Source of the DNA: Flectonema sp. DT1601
Lineage: Eukaryota
Assembly: GCA_964019425.1 (NCBI GenBank)
Contig: OZ025783.1
Location: 1,488,001-1,552,000 of the forward strand
Length of the DNA: 64,000 nucleotides
Direction of reading: 5' to 3'
Shown here: positions 1 to 11,306 of the stretch, one piece after another
Numbering within the stretch: the stretch's first letter is position 1
Layout of the letters: the number at the start of each line of letters is the position of its first letter
Made by a program: the position numbers and the translations under genes
Notes under the pieces: generated by a model
The model's database searches: none
What the model was told of the DNA's origin: nothing
Seen by the model: the letters and a program-made list of their open reading frames with translations, nothing else

Positions 1-1
1 T

Positions 2-1306
2 TTTAGTTCATTAAATAATCCAGACTTATCAGGTCCTCTTGATAAATTAGTATTCGGTGAATCTTTAGAAACGTCAATTGGAAGAGATGGACAACCAGGT
101 GATGAAAGAAGAGAGAAAACCCTTCATTTCATTCCTTTATATCTCCCACAACCTGGAGAGAAAGTCAGAGGTCGTCCACCAGTTGGATGTTATACACCAA
201 TTCCTTCATCTAAATCTGTGATCCCAATTCCACAATCGGAAGATCGTCATGTTTATAAAAATATCGACAAGCAGATCGCTGATTGCAACAGACAACTTAA
301 ATTTAAAGACGAGGCTGACAAACAAACATCAGCAAAGGGTCTTAAATTATTAACATCATCAGGAAACTATCCATCTTTAGAAGTTCTCGTTGATATACTT
401 GAAGACAATAACATTGAGCAAAGTGATGTTGAATACCTTCTTGAGACAGAAATCATTAATGAACCACCACAAACTGCTCATATTTCTCGTGTAAGTTTAT
501 ACGATGCACTTGATCAGCTGACAATCGACTTTAAGGATGTCGAATCGAGCACAGCAGCGACATTAAAAAGTTTTACAATTCTTCCGAATTTGTTGATGTT
601 TTATCTTCCAGCTCGTACTGCTGGTGTTGAGCATCGAATGGTTGATTTTAATATGAAGATACACCTTGATCGGTATGTCGATTCTACTGCTTCAAACAAC
701 GCGAGAGATTCCAGCATGCGTTTGTTGGAAAGAGCTCAAGACTTAGAAAGGATCATCGCATCAAAGAATGACGTTATAAAACATTTAATTGAAACAATGA
801 ACAGCAGACTTAACTTTTCTCAACAAGAATCAGAACTGTTCAGCTCTATGATTTCTGATAATCAAACAGTAGTGTCACAATCACACGATGAACTTGAAAT
901 CACAAATGAAAACATTCTAAGTTGCTATGATGATATAGAGTCTTCTGACAAAAACACGTATCACTTACACGCCATTATAGTACATAAGGCTATTGCTGAA
1001 GATTTTGGTCATTACTATAGCTACGCTATTGATAGAAGAAATGGAAATCGTTGGATTAAATTTGACGATACTCGTGTTCTTACTGTATCACCTGAAGAAG
1101 TATTCTCTGAAGAGACTCGTCGTAATGTTTATTGTATGTTTTATGAGTCTGAGGAGTCTGTTTGTTCGTCAAAAGCAACTGATGTTGCGATTCCTCAGAG
1201 CATGAGAGAAATTATTCAGTACGAGGATAGACGTTGGAAACAAAAAACACAAGCTCGTTGTGAACAGCAGACTGTGCAACATCAACAGCTTGCTTCAATG
1301 CCGTAG
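2..1306 (+). CDS. Ubiquitin-specific protease (peptidase C19, USP25/28-like), 5'-truncated by the window edge
   Basis: The frame is open from position 2 to the TAG at 1304-1306. His-box region YHLHAIIVHK...GHYYSY...WIKFDD...VYCMFY. Confidence 0.85.
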   Translation, partial: FSSLNNPDLSGPLDKLVFGESLETSIGRDGQPGDERREKTLHFIPLYLPQPGEKVRGRPPVGCYTPIPSSKSVIPIPQSEDRHVYKNIDKQIADCNRQLKFKDEADKQTSAKGLKLLTSSGNYPSLEVLVDILEDNNIEQSDVEYLLETEIINEPPQTAHISRVSLYDALDQLTIDFKDVESSTAATLKSFTILPNLLMFYLPARTAGVEHRMVDFNMKIHLDRYVDSTASNNARDSSMRLLERAQDLERIIASKNDVIKHLIETMNSRLNFSQQESELFSSMISDNQTVVSQSHDELEITNENILSCYDDIESSDKNTYHLHAIIVHKAIAEDFGHYYSYAIDRRNGNRWIKFDDTRVLTVSPEEVFSEETRRNVYCMFYESEESVCSSKATDVAIPQSMREIIQYEDRRWKQKTQARCEQQTVQHQQLASMP

Positions 1307-2435
1307 AAATTGTCATTATTGAGTTTTATGCGGTTCTCTTCTCTTAAACTTGCCCCTTTTTTTTTTATTATAGATTTTTAGATATTATTCCCATACCTTT
1401 TTCCCTGCTCAATTACGTTCTTCGATACAGTGATTTTTATTTGAACTGTCCTGCTGTTACTTCACTTCTCATCGTTTCCGACGTTCTACACTGTTTTCTT
1501 AAGTACTGTGTTGCTGATATTGTTTTTTTATTTTTTATTTTTTAAAATTATTCTTTTATTCTTGTTCGGTGGGTAAGATCATGCAACAAAACTTACCGTT
1601 CCTTTGTGAATGTATTATTGCCAATTGGCGTCAACAAACACTGTAAATCTTCCTTTTCATAGAATAATCCCAGCCCCGTTACCTCCCTTTTTTTATTTTT
1701 TTAAAATTTTTTTGTTTTATTTTTATTAGTCGTTAATCGTTATTATTGATCATATTTTTTTTTCTTTTTTTTTTGAAAAAATTTCATTGCAAACATGCAA
1801 AAAAAAAAAATATCAAAATCCTTACACAAAAAAAACATTGTAGTTGTGTGAAATTGAAAGCATGAAATGAGTGTCTTTATTCTTGTGGTTCAGTTTCTTG
1901 TGTATCTTGTGTTTGGGACCTTCGTTTGTAACCGTCAGCTATCTATCGAGCTTATGATTGTCAGTCGTTGCTGTCGTGTTAACTAAATCTAACAAAATCG
2001 ACATCGTTTCGTTTTCTAACTATTTGCATTTAGATAATGCAAATGGTTAGAAAAAGAAAGGGGAAAAAAAAAAAAAAAAAAAAAACACAACAAACACAAC
2101 TAAACAAACAAACAAGCGAAGTATAGATCTATTTTTTATTTTTCTTTTTTCTTTTTTCTCCACAACATTATTTTTTATTATTTTATCGCGAAACGTGAGC
2201 ACCCGTCAATCCTTGTACGCCCAAGGTACTCCCTGTTTCCCCCTCCAACAAACAAAATAAAAAAGAAAACAGATCACTTAGTTAATGTTTACAAAACATG
2301 TAAAGGTTCATATTACAACTTCCTTCACTTACAACCAGGACTTACAAGTGAGTTGAGCTAGCAATCTGATAGGGAAACAACAAAGAGGCATCTTGTTATC
2401 ATTCTTACTACAGGTCAGGGGGAGAGAAAGGAAAG

Positions 2436-3093
2436 ATGGGTCGGGCTAATGTAGTTATGATTGAGCCAACCGCTGGAATGTCGCGAAAGGACAAAAAGCG
2501 TGCTGAGCGAACAGCTGCTGCGATGGCAAAGATCGAACAAATAGCCAGGTATGTATATTGATATTGTTCTGAGGATGTTATCTAGCTAAGATGAAAACAA
2601 AACAAAACAAAACAGAAACATGGATGACGCAAACGCGGATCCTTCAAAACCCAGAGCGCGTACATCAGCAACCGGCTTTTGGAGAAAGAGAAAGGAAGCA
2701 GCCAAAGCGAGAGTTTTCGTAGGAAATCTACCTCTCGATGTTACTGAGGGTGAGATTAGAGCATTCTTTGAATCAACTGGAATCATTGAGAGCTTCTCAT
2801 GGTTACGCAGTACCACTTCTAGTTGTATGTCGTATGTCCAGTTCTCAGATGTTGAAACAGCTTCAGAGGCCTGCAAACTGAACGGTCTCAGCCTCAACGG
2901 CAGATCTCTCCGAGTTAACCTCGCAAACGATACAAGTGAACGTGGCAAGGCAGTTAATAAGCGTGAGGGATCAGGAATCGATGCTTCAGTTAAGGTAAAT
3001 GATGTTGTTGAAGAACAGGCTGCAGTTTACTACGAACCACCTACAAAGTTTAAAGGAAAGATACCAAGAAATCGAGTAGCCATCATTGAATAG
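2436..3093 (+). CDS. RRM RNA-binding protein, 2 exons (2436-2548, 2616-3093)
   Basis: RNP2 VFVGNL and RNP1-like SYVQF, followed by LNGLSLNGRSLRVN. The upstream exon MGRANVVMIEP... joins in frame across GTATGT...AAACAG. Confidence 0.8.
2549..2615 (+). other. Spliceosomal intron (67 nt, phase 2)
   Basis: AG|GTATGT ... (AAAAC)n AG|. Removal gives an in-frame join to the 2620 ORF. Confidence 0.75.
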
Positions 3094-3427
3094 AATCAAC
3101 TTATTGAGTAGTTGGTTTAGTCCTGCCCATGACGTTAGAGGTTACTGACGATGTTCTTAATGAACAGGTTCCCACTCGGAACTATAGGAAGCTATCAAGA
3201 AGGAAACGAATGTATCAAAGTAAATGCATCATCAGTTTGGTAAAAGACAACCACCGATGTAACATAAACAATGCTGCTGAAGTGGTATTATTACAATTAC
3301 GAGCCAGTCAGGCGAATCCTTCGTAAAAAAAAAAAAAAAACAGTTCAATACAAGTCGTAACTCACTATTAAGTTGTAGTACTCACAGTTATAAGTTTTCT
3401 CTACCAGGGTCTCTAGCATACAATAAA

Positions 3428-4672
3428 ATGGCAGCGGTACCAGCAGCATTAGGATCGAGTAATATTCCGAGTATGTTTCCACAAGTCGGAGACTCTATTG
3501 TTTACTTAGACACGGCGGCAACATCTCTGAAACCACTGAACGTAGTAAATGCAATGGATCGTTTTTATAGATACAGCTACTCAACAATACACAGAGGAAT
3601 GTATCCAAAAGCTCTACGTACAACTGACAAGTATCAAGCTACAAGACGAAAAGTTCAAAGCTTAATAGGTGCTGAAGACGTTAATGAGATAATATTCACA
3701 AAAGGATGTACTGATGGTATAAATCTAGTAGCACTTACCTTTGGTGATAAGTTTGTTGGACCTGGTGATGAAATCGTTGTTTCAGAGTCGGAACACCACA
3801 GCAATATAGTTCCGTGGCAGCTGCTGTGCAAACGAAGAGGATGTCACTTGAAAGTCATTCCAGTTGATGGAAAAACAGGAAAATTAGACTTATCGAACTT
3901 AAAGACATTATTATCAAATAAAACTAAACTGGTAGCCATCCAACATAAGAGTAATGTAACTGGAATAATGCATCCGATTAAAGAAATCGTATCTGCCGCA
4001 AAGAACGTCGGCGCAAAAGTACTCCTGGATGCAGCACAAAGCTGTACAGACGTATCTTTCAACGTTAAGGATCTTAACGTTGATTTTGCTTCTTTTTCTA
4101 GCCATAAAATGTTTGGTCCAACAGGTGTTGGAGTTCTTTACGGTAAGCGTAATCTCTTACAAGAAATGCCTCCTTTACAAGGTGGAGGTGATATGGTCGA
4201 TAGAGTTTCGTTTAATAAAACAACATTTGCTCCTGTTCCACAACGATTCGAAGCCGGCACTCCACCAATCGCCTCTGTCATTGGATTGGGTGCTGCTATT
4301 GATTTCATAACTCAGATTGGTCGTCAGAAGCTTCAAGGTCATATGGATGCGATGGGTGAATACGCTCGTTCTCAACTTAAAAAGATACCCGAAGTGAAAA
4401 TACTTCCTTCTGAATCAAGTATTGTTTCATTTAATACATCTCATTCACCCCTAGACACTGCTACCCTTCTTGGTGCTTCTGGTTTTGCAGTTCGCGCAGG
4501 TCACCATTGCTGTCAGCCTCTGCATCGAAAATTTAACGTTACATCATCTCTTAGATTAAGCACAGCTCCACATACAACGACATCAGATATTGATAAATTC
4601 GTAGCTTCTTTGAAATGTGTGATTGGTCAGTTGTCAGGTAAGAAGTGTGATGGTAATGAAGTTGGGAACTAA
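3428..4672 (+). CDS. sufS: SufS/CsdA-type (class II) cysteine desulfurase / selenocysteine lyase
   Basis: Motifs YLDTAATS, EHHSNIVPWQ, LDAAQS, SSHKMFGPTGVG (PLP lysine), RFEAGTP and RAGHHC (class II catalytic Cys). Confidence 0.92.
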   Translation: MAAVPAALGSSNIPSMFPQVGDSIVYLDTAATSLKPLNVVNAMDRFYRYSYSTIHRGMYPKALRTTDKYQATRRKVQSLIGAEDVNEIIFTKGCTDGINLVALTFGDKFVGPGDEIVVSESEHHSNIVPWQLLCKRRGCHLKVIPVDGKTGKLDLSNLKTLLSNKTKLVAIQHKSNVTGIMHPIKEIVSAAKNVGAKVLLDAAQSCTDVSFNVKDLNVDFASFSSHKMFGPTGVGVLYGKRNLLQEMPPLQGGGDMVDRVSFNKTTFAPVPQRFEAGTPPIASVIGLGAAIDFITQIGRQKLQGHMDAMGEYARSQLKKIPEVKILPSESSIVSFNTSHSPLDTATLLGASGFAVRAGHHCCQPLHRKFNVTSSLRLSTAPHTTTSDIDKFVASLKCVIGQLSGKKCDGNEVGN

Positions 4673-5184
4673 TGCGATCCGCTAAAGGATTGCGGAAATA
4701 CACTTTTTTAATATTAATAATTCTTACTTGTTATTGGTAATCATGAATACTTATTGAAATGGAAAAACCCAAAACAAGATTTAACAAACAACAACAACAT
4801 GTTGTAAGGCACGCGATACTACCCGTGAGCCAAACTGTCAGCCTGGCGCACTCAATCGAACTCTCTCTCCTATTGGAGTGTGAGATTCGCTGCTGCCGCT
4901 GCGGAATCTTTTGTCAATCCACTTGATTTCTATTCATGTTTTACTTACTTGTAGCACTGACCATGGTCGCCCTACTGGGTGAATTTAACAACAGGCAGTC
5001 TCTCTTAACCTTTGACAAGTAAGGTCTTACTGTGAGCAGAAGAGAGACAGTAATTAGATTCCAACATACCTGTGTACTATATGGTGTACTGATTGATTAT
5101 TGTGTAGATCAGTTGGTGAGCTTTGGTTTACTATTTTTTTCAAATCAGGCACTTTGTCACAGCTATAAAAAAAAAAAAAAAAAA

Positions 5185-6363
5185 ATGATGCGCTCTGTCA
5201 GTTTGTTTGTGTGTGCTTCACTTATCAGTTTGAGCAGTGCTAAAGTAGAAATCTATAGAGGATGGAAGAGAACAAATGATATCTTCTGGAGGCCTGCAGA
5301 ACTTCTTGATGGAACTACTTCACACCTCGGACAGGTTGAGTACGTTGACATTCCGGCATTCGCAACTGACTACAACATGTTGAAGACCGACTTGGCAATC
5401 ACCGACTCGGGAGCAAACTTCAAAGCGAGGTGCACTGACGAGGGGAGTAAAGGTGACTGCTTCTTGTTCTACAGTTTGGGAGAGCAGGAGCCGATGGTGT
5501 ACAAAACCGAGTTGGTGTCGCAAGGATTCAAAGAAGGTGAGTGCGCTCCGAGAGCGAAGGACATCTGGAGCGACAGCTACTCGTCGATGACTACGTTCTT
5601 CCGTCGCATTCCGTTGGGACAGAAAGTGGAATTCTCGATTATGAACTTCTGGGACCCGCTCTTGCAGGCCGTTGTCTTCAACCACCAGGACGAGTCGGAG
5701 TGGGTGTGCCACGGAAAGCAGTCGAGTGAGTGTGAAAACGGTCTGTACGCTGCTGGCCACAAGTTTGCGGGAGCTTCCCTCTGTGTCTGGGACAGCAGCA
5801 CTGGGTGCGAAAGAAACTGGTGCCCGAGCCCTGTTCCGGTCACCCCAGCGGTCCTGACCATCTTCCTGAACGGAGCTGCTGTTCCGGGAGTAGCAGTTGC
5901 GGGGGCGGATTCGCTGGAGCTGAACGGGGCTGCGTTGGTGATGCCGCTGAGAGACTTTCTTCAGCCGACGTTCTTCCACGGGATGAGCTCCGGCGTGCAG
6001 ACAGCGGATGAGTTGAAAATAGTTTGCCCTGCTGGGCTAGTGAACTGCCTGTTCTACCTCATCACCTACCACTGCCCTCCGTTCTCGACGAACGCAAACG
6101 GAGGTATCCCGTCGTTGGTTGCGAAAAAGTGGGAGGCGCGCAGCTTCGGTCCGAACTTCTACCCGTCGGGAAACAGCGACATGCAGCCGACGATTATCTT
6201 CAGGAAGGAAGTTGAAGCTGGTGACTTTGAGTTGGTGACGTTTGACCGACCGGGTACGTACGTTGCCATCTTCTCTCAGACCCTCCCTGGAATGGACTGG
6301 GACGATGTGAAGGCACCGTTCTCGGGACCTTTTACAGCCAAAGTTTGCAAACCTATCCAGTGA
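5185..6363 (+). CDS. Secreted Cys-rich protein of unknown function with an internally duplicated domain
   Basis: ATG at 5185 after an A-run, then signal peptide MMRSVSLFVCASLISLSSA. Two similar modules (C-x5-7-C-LF ... APR/GPNF ... FFRR/IFRK). GC-rich coding sequence. Confidence 0.7.
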   Translation: MMRSVSLFVCASLISLSSAKVEIYRGWKRTNDIFWRPAELLDGTTSHLGQVEYVDIPAFATDYNMLKTDLAITDSGANFKARCTDEGSKGDCFLFYSLGEQEPMVYKTELVSQGFKEGECAPRAKDIWSDSYSSMTTFFRRIPLGQKVEFSIMNFWDPLLQAVVFNHQDESEWVCHGKQSSECENGLYAAGHKFAGASLCVWDSSTGCERNWCPSPVPVTPAVLTIFLNGAAVPGVAVAGADSLELNGAALVMPLRDFLQPTFFHGMSSGVQTADELKIVCPAGLVNCLFYLITYHCPPFSTNANGGIPSLVAKKWEARSFGPNFYPSGNSDMQPTIIFRKEVEAGDFELVTFDRPGTYVAIFSQTLPGMDWDDVKAPFSGPFTAKVCKPIQ

Positions 6364-7127
6364 GTTGGTTTTGATGAACTTTTGACCGTGCGACGTAAAT
6401 AATAATATTTTGATCTTATTAATACGACTCGGCGTTGACACAATACTGGAACACGGAACAGTCACGCTGAAGACATATTTCTTTTTCTTTTTATTTTTTT
6501 TAGTTCAAATGCCTCAAAGCTGAGGATCCATCATAACTAGCAGCCGTTGACGGCGGATGGAATCCTCGCTTTCGGGAAACGTGTACGAGTGAGCTGTCAA
6601 TACATCGTCAGCTTGCTTTGTTGTTTGCAAAAACCTTTTTTTTGTTTGTTTTGAATCGAACTTACTTTTTTGAACATATAAACTCTCATATTGCTACTGT
6701 AGTGGTTGGTTTCTTTTAACTGCTGTGGTTATCGTCCTACGAAGCCAGTCTAATCTGGTTAAGACTTTCCGTAGTAGTTTAATCGAATTAGCACAAAACC
6801 ACTTTTTTTTATTCTCTCTATCAAAAATATTGCGGATTTTTTCTTTCTTGATTTCTTCTCGAATGGTTATCAGTGAGTGTCTGCAATAAACTCTTTTATC
6901 CTCTCAAAAATTATTTTTCTTGGAATGATTATTCAAAGAAACGAATTAGTCTGCTGTTGAGTTATTCTTGTTTATAGAACGGTCTTAACTCGTCTTCACT
7001 AACCCTGAGAAGACCTACGTAGACGATTTTAACACTTCAGAATTGATAATGTTATTTCTTTTGAGAGCAGTTATCTTTTGTTTATTGTACCTTTAAAAAT
7101 ATCTTATCAGGAAAAAAACAACAAATA

Positions 7128-7970
7128 ATGGTCCTAACCCCGGACACCTCAACAGATCTTGTGGTGGCTCTGCAGAAGCATACGTCAAAGAGGAATGCTA
7201 TTGAGTACGCTTCTATGTTGGAGAAGTTATCGATTAGATCGACTTACGATGTGATTAGAATTTCTAAATCGAGAGGAGGTTTAGCGAATTTGGATACTAA
7301 TCCTCATCTTAAAAGTTTATTAAGGAGAGTTAGCGGTGATGATCCGGGATTGTTTGAGTACACTCCCCTCGAAGCATACTTTGGAAATGACATCTTCTCT
7401 GCAAAAGGAAATATAATATTCATTCCTGCAGTAGCAATCCTACTCAGTTTAGCAGGGAGTAACGGAACCTTCTTTGATCTGTTTGAGCGTGTTGTAGTTT
7501 TGTCTTTAATATGTGTCTTCTTATTGATACTTTTAATAAGATCATTTATGTTATTGTTCAGAGAAGAGACGATAGGACATGTTGAAATCAGAAAGAATGA
7601 AAAAGGATACACGGCGACTATAACACAAATCAACGGAGGGTTAAAATCGTCGCCTCTCGTGGTTGAGGGGGTTGGAACTGATATTGGTTTTTATTTTTTT
7701 GAAATTCTGTTATCTCCGTTGGTTACTTTTGTTGGTATTCAGAGTTCCATTTGCTGGGCAGCTGTAGTTGACATTAATGGGGAATCTCACAAGCAACTTG
7801 TCGAACTTTCACATGTTCCTCTTAGCACTTGGAGAGTATTGGAAACTTTACCATTCATTCCAGGTGTTAGATCCATTCAGAGATCAATAGTCGTAAAAAC
7901 AACCCACGAATGTGTAAAGTATCGGGTAAACAAGAATTCCCTGGGACAAATATTCACCACTACTATGTGA
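7128..7970 (+). CDS. Hypothetical membrane protein (280 aa)
   Basis: Long ORF with an A-rich ATG context and 2-3 hydrophobic segments. No family recognised. Confidence 0.6.
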   Translation: MVLTPDTSTDLVVALQKHTSKRNAIEYASMLEKLSIRSTYDVIRISKSRGGLANLDTNPHLKSLLRRVSGDDPGLFEYTPLEAYFGNDIFSAKGNIIFIPAVAILLSLAGSNGTFFDLFERVVVLSLICVFLLILLIRSFMLLFREETIGHVEIRKNEKGYTATITQINGGLKSSPLVVEGVGTDIGFYFFEILLSPLVTFVGIQSSICWAAVVDINGESHKQLVELSHVPLSTWRVLETLPFIPGVRSIQRSIVVKTTHECVKYRVNKNSLGQIFTTTM

Positions 7971-8626
7971 GCGACCTTCTTGTATTTCTATTTTCTTTTT
8001 CCCTTTTATTGTATCTACACGTAGATGTTACTTGTTGTAGAATTATAAAGTTTATTACTGTTTCTACATTGTCAAACTATCACCCCTTACCTGTCTCACT
8101 TTTTATGTCGATCGTTATTTTTTTTGTTATTCGGTTGCTTGCTAAAGCAGTTGAATGTAAAGTGTTGAGTCTGTCAACCTCTTATGAAATCACTCGTATT
8201 CCCTCTTTTTTCCTTTTTTTTTTTTTTGGTTTTTGTTGATTTGTCTTTCCCTTCTCTGATCTATTCTCTTTTTGTGAAAAAGCGACACAGCTATCACAGT
8301 AGTGGAGAGATGATGGATTCTTGTCTTGTGACTTAATCCAAAAATGCTTACTATTATCAACTAATTGTTGTTGTGAATGAAAATCATGTGCGACGAAAGA
8401 GATATGGAAAGGACACCTCCACTCCTAATGGGGCCGTCTCTGTTATTTTTTGGTATCTTATATTAACCAACAGGGAAGGCTTAATGAATGACTTTCCCTC
8501 CCCCCCACTTTCGTAGAAAAAATAGAAAATATTTTTGATTAGCTGTTTCGAGACATTTTGGTTTTCTTAGTTTGTTATATTTCTTTTTTTTTTTTTTTTT
8601 CAGAAAAAATAAAATAAAATAAAAAG

Positions 8627-9494
8627 ATGAATTTGAATAGCTCTCCAGGGGGATCGTTTCTGGGAATTGGAAAAAGAAAGTCGGCAACAGATGAAAAGTG
8701 GCTCGACATAGAATCAAAAAAGAATGCTATTCAGCTAACTACAGATGCTACCGAATACGTTTATCTCTTAGCTAACGACCCGTCTGTTGCACATCATCGC
8801 ATAGCTCAGAATGTAAAACGAGCAGTACCACCAATCGTGAATAGGACTGAATCGGTATGCATTGATAAACCAGAATCTATTATTTCATTTTATGTTTATT
8901 AAGAAATCCAACTCTGCTATCAAACAGGTTCGTTCAGTCACAACTCAGGTTAAAGGAATAAATGAAGACATTGGTTTTATTATAAAAGACATGGAGGATA
9001 TGTGCGACATACCGACGTTCAAAAGTGTGCACAGTAAGATATTTTGTGCGACGGAATTTGCAAGGCATCTGTTGCAGGGCGAGGCGATGTCTCTGTCTCC
9101 ACAGAGATCGGAAGGGGAAGTTGAGGAACCAGTCCCTGCAGCAACACCTTCAAAAGAACCGGAGTCAGAACAGACTCAAGACTCTGAAGGAGACTCTACA
9201 CCTGAAGAACGGCATTCAGATCCTCAGAATGAATCCACACCAGCCCCTCCAGTAGAAACCCAAACCACATCTAACGGAGTCATTTCGGATAAGGAAACAA
9301 CAAGTGACACAGCGGAATCTCTGTTGGATAACGATGCTGCTAATTTGGAACAGCAAAAATCTGAAGCAGCAATTGTTAAAAGTGAAGAAGTAGTAACCAA
9401 CGAGGAATCACCAACACAGACATCTACTGAAATAGAAACCACGGCTGACGTTGCTGATACTTCCGCTGAAGACAACACCAAGGAAGCTCCTTGA
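8627..9494 (+). CDS. BORCS8: BLOC-1-related complex subunit 8-like protein with an acidic low-complexity tail, 2 exons (8627-8854, 8928-9494)
   Basis: TEYVYLLANDPSVAHHRIAQNVKRAVP resembles the BORCS8 signature (VYVLANEPSVALYRLQEHVRRSLP). The two ORFs join in frame across GTATGC...AAACAG. Confidence 0.75.
8855..8927 (+). other. Spliceosomal intron (73 nt, phase 0)
   Basis: TCG|GTATGC...CAAACAG|GTT joins the 8627 and 8862 ORFs in frame. An alternative in-frame AAG acceptor at 8903 is possible. Confidence 0.75.
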
Positions 9495-9635
9495 GATGTT
9501 TAGAACAGCAGGTGTTCGGAGAATCTTCTGTTTCGTTTTGTATTCAGTCACTCGAATAGCATCGTTTTGTAATTCGTATTAGTGGGATTCAGATTCTTCA
9601 ATTATTTTATAATCATCTTCTACAGTAACAGTACC

Positions 9636-11306
9636 ATGGACAGCCCCACTACTTCCTGGACTCTGACTGGTGGTCAACTCGGGTTCTTCTTTGGGTACAC
9701 TATTATTGTATTACTGTGGGCGTACAGCTGCTGGTTGAAGAAGACTGTAAAAGCAACGACATCGCCGAGAGTTAGTGATGAAGAAATTATAATAGAGACT
9801 GCACAACCAACAACAGAAGAAATTTCACCTGAAGAAGTACAACTCATAAGTATGAATAATCCAGTAAGCAAAGTTTTATCATTAAATAAAACTACGCTAC
9901 TGGAACACAGTATGGCCTTGCAGTGGATGGCTGAATTTGGAGGACATTTGCTATTTTACTTTCTCTGTGATCGAACATCTATAATGAAATCGGGAGAAAA
10001 GAATTATTCTCGCGATGTATTCTGGTTTATATACATATTATTAGTAGCGTACAACCTTGTGATGTGTGTTAAGGAAGGAAAGGCTCCTTCATATTTAAAT
10101 AGAGATCAAACGGAGGAATGGAAGGGTTGGATGCAAGTCTTATTTTTAATGTATCATTATTTTGAAGCTAAAGAGCAGTACAGCAGTATCAGACTTTATA
10201 TTGCAGCTTATGTTTGGATGACGGGTTTTGGTAATTTTTCTTTTTACTACATCAGAAAAGACTTTAGTTTTACGCGATTCGTTCAAATGCTTTGGAGGCT
10301 TAATTTTTTAGTATTTTGGGTTTGCATTGTTTTGGGAAACAGCTACATGCTGTACTACATTTGTCCGATGCACACGATATGGACCATTGCTGTTTACCTT
10401 GTTCTCTTGGTGGGCAATAACTTTAACACTGACAATACAGTCATACTTTTAAAAATCACATTGTCATTCGTGATGGTTTTTGGATTATTTTTCAGTCAAG
10501 ACTTCTTTTATTCAATGTGGAAACCTCTAACAGCCATCGTAGGATACGTAAATCCTGCAAACCCATCAGTACATCCAATGCATGAGTGGTTTTTTAGAGC
10601 TGGGTTAGACAGGTATGTTTGGATCGTGGGTATGATTTGCGCTAATTTTCATCCAAAAACTGAGTCGACACTCATTTGGATTGATAATTTGCCAACAACG
10701 AGTAAGGTTACGATTCGATTTGGAATCGTAGCATTCTTATTATCTGTTGGATACTACTGGTATATCTCTGTTTTTATTCTTCCAAAACGAGAATACAACG
10801 CCTTGCATCCGTACACTTCTTGGATTCCAATAATAATTTTTATCATTCTTCGAAACTTGACTCCTTGGCTTCGGATGAGATCTTTAACACTATTCTCTTG
10901 GCTTGGTAAGATCACTTTAGAAACTTACATTGGACAGTTCCACATTTGGCTTCATACTGGAATTCCTGATGCCCAACCAAAGGCCTTAATGACTGTAGTC
11001 AGTGGGTACCCGGTATGTTATTTGTGTTATTATTGTGTGTCAGAAATCATTTTTTTTTTACAAAAAAAAAAAAAAAAAAAAAAACAGCTCCTGAACTTCA
11101 TGGCTACTACTCCCGTGTATATTTATGTGTCGTACAGACTGTTTATGCTAACTAACGAATTAAAATTTCATTTGTTGCCTTCTGGTAGTCAAAGAAATTT
11201 GTACAGAAATTTACTTTTGGTAACCCTCACCTGGACAGCGTGCTATACCGTGGGACTCTGTCTCAGAATGTTTTTAGATTATCAAAATCAAAGTACAGGC
11301 GGATAA
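9636..11306 (+). CDS. Cas1p/CASD1/RWA-family O-acetyltransferase, 2 exons (9636-11012, 11088-11306)
   Basis: Motifs LNRDQTEEWKGWMQ, YVWMTGFGNF, YYICPMHT, EWFFRAGLDRY and GKITLETYIGQFHIW. Multi-pass membrane protein. Confidence 0.92.
   Translation: MDSPTTSWTLTGGQLGFFFGYTIIVLLWAYSCWLKKTVKATTSPRVSDEEIIIETAQPTTEEISPEEVQLISMNNPVSKVLSLNKTTLLEHSMALQWMAEFGGHLLFYFLCDRTSIMKSGEKNYSRDVFWFIYILLVAYNLVMCVKEGKAPSYLNRDQTEEWKGWMQVLFLMYHYFEAKEQYSSIRLYIAAYVWMTGFGNFSFYYIRKDFSFTRFVQMLWRLNFLVFWVCIVLGNSYMLYYICPMHTIWTIAVYLVLLVGNNFNTDNTVILLKITLSFVMVFGLFFSQDFFYSMWKPLTAIVGYVNPANPSVHPMHEWFFRAGLDRYVWIVGMICANFHPKTESTLIWIDNLPTTSKVTIRFGIVAFLLSVGYYWYISVFILPKREYNALHPYTSWIPIIIFIILRNLTPWLRMRSLTLFSWLGKITLETYIGQFHIWLHTGIPDAQPKALMTVVSGYPVCYLCYYCVSEIIFFLQKKKKKKKQLLNFMATTPVYIYVSYRLFMLTNELKFHLLPSGSQRNLYRNLLLVTLTWTACYTVGLCLRMFLDYQNQSTGG
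11013..11087 (+). other. Spliceosomal intron (75 nt, in-frame, stop-free)
   Basis: CCG|GTATGT...poly-A CAG|CTC. Removal deletes the spurious VCYL...KKKKKKKKQ segment and restores GYPLLNF. Confidence 0.9.

Noticed and set aside
3129..3326. 65-aa ORF between the RRM gene and sufS
   Set aside because: Short, no recognisable features and no clear upstream acceptor tract.
5320..5979. 219-aa minus-strand ORF
   Set aside because: Antisense shadow of the GC-rich + strand gene, with no protein features.
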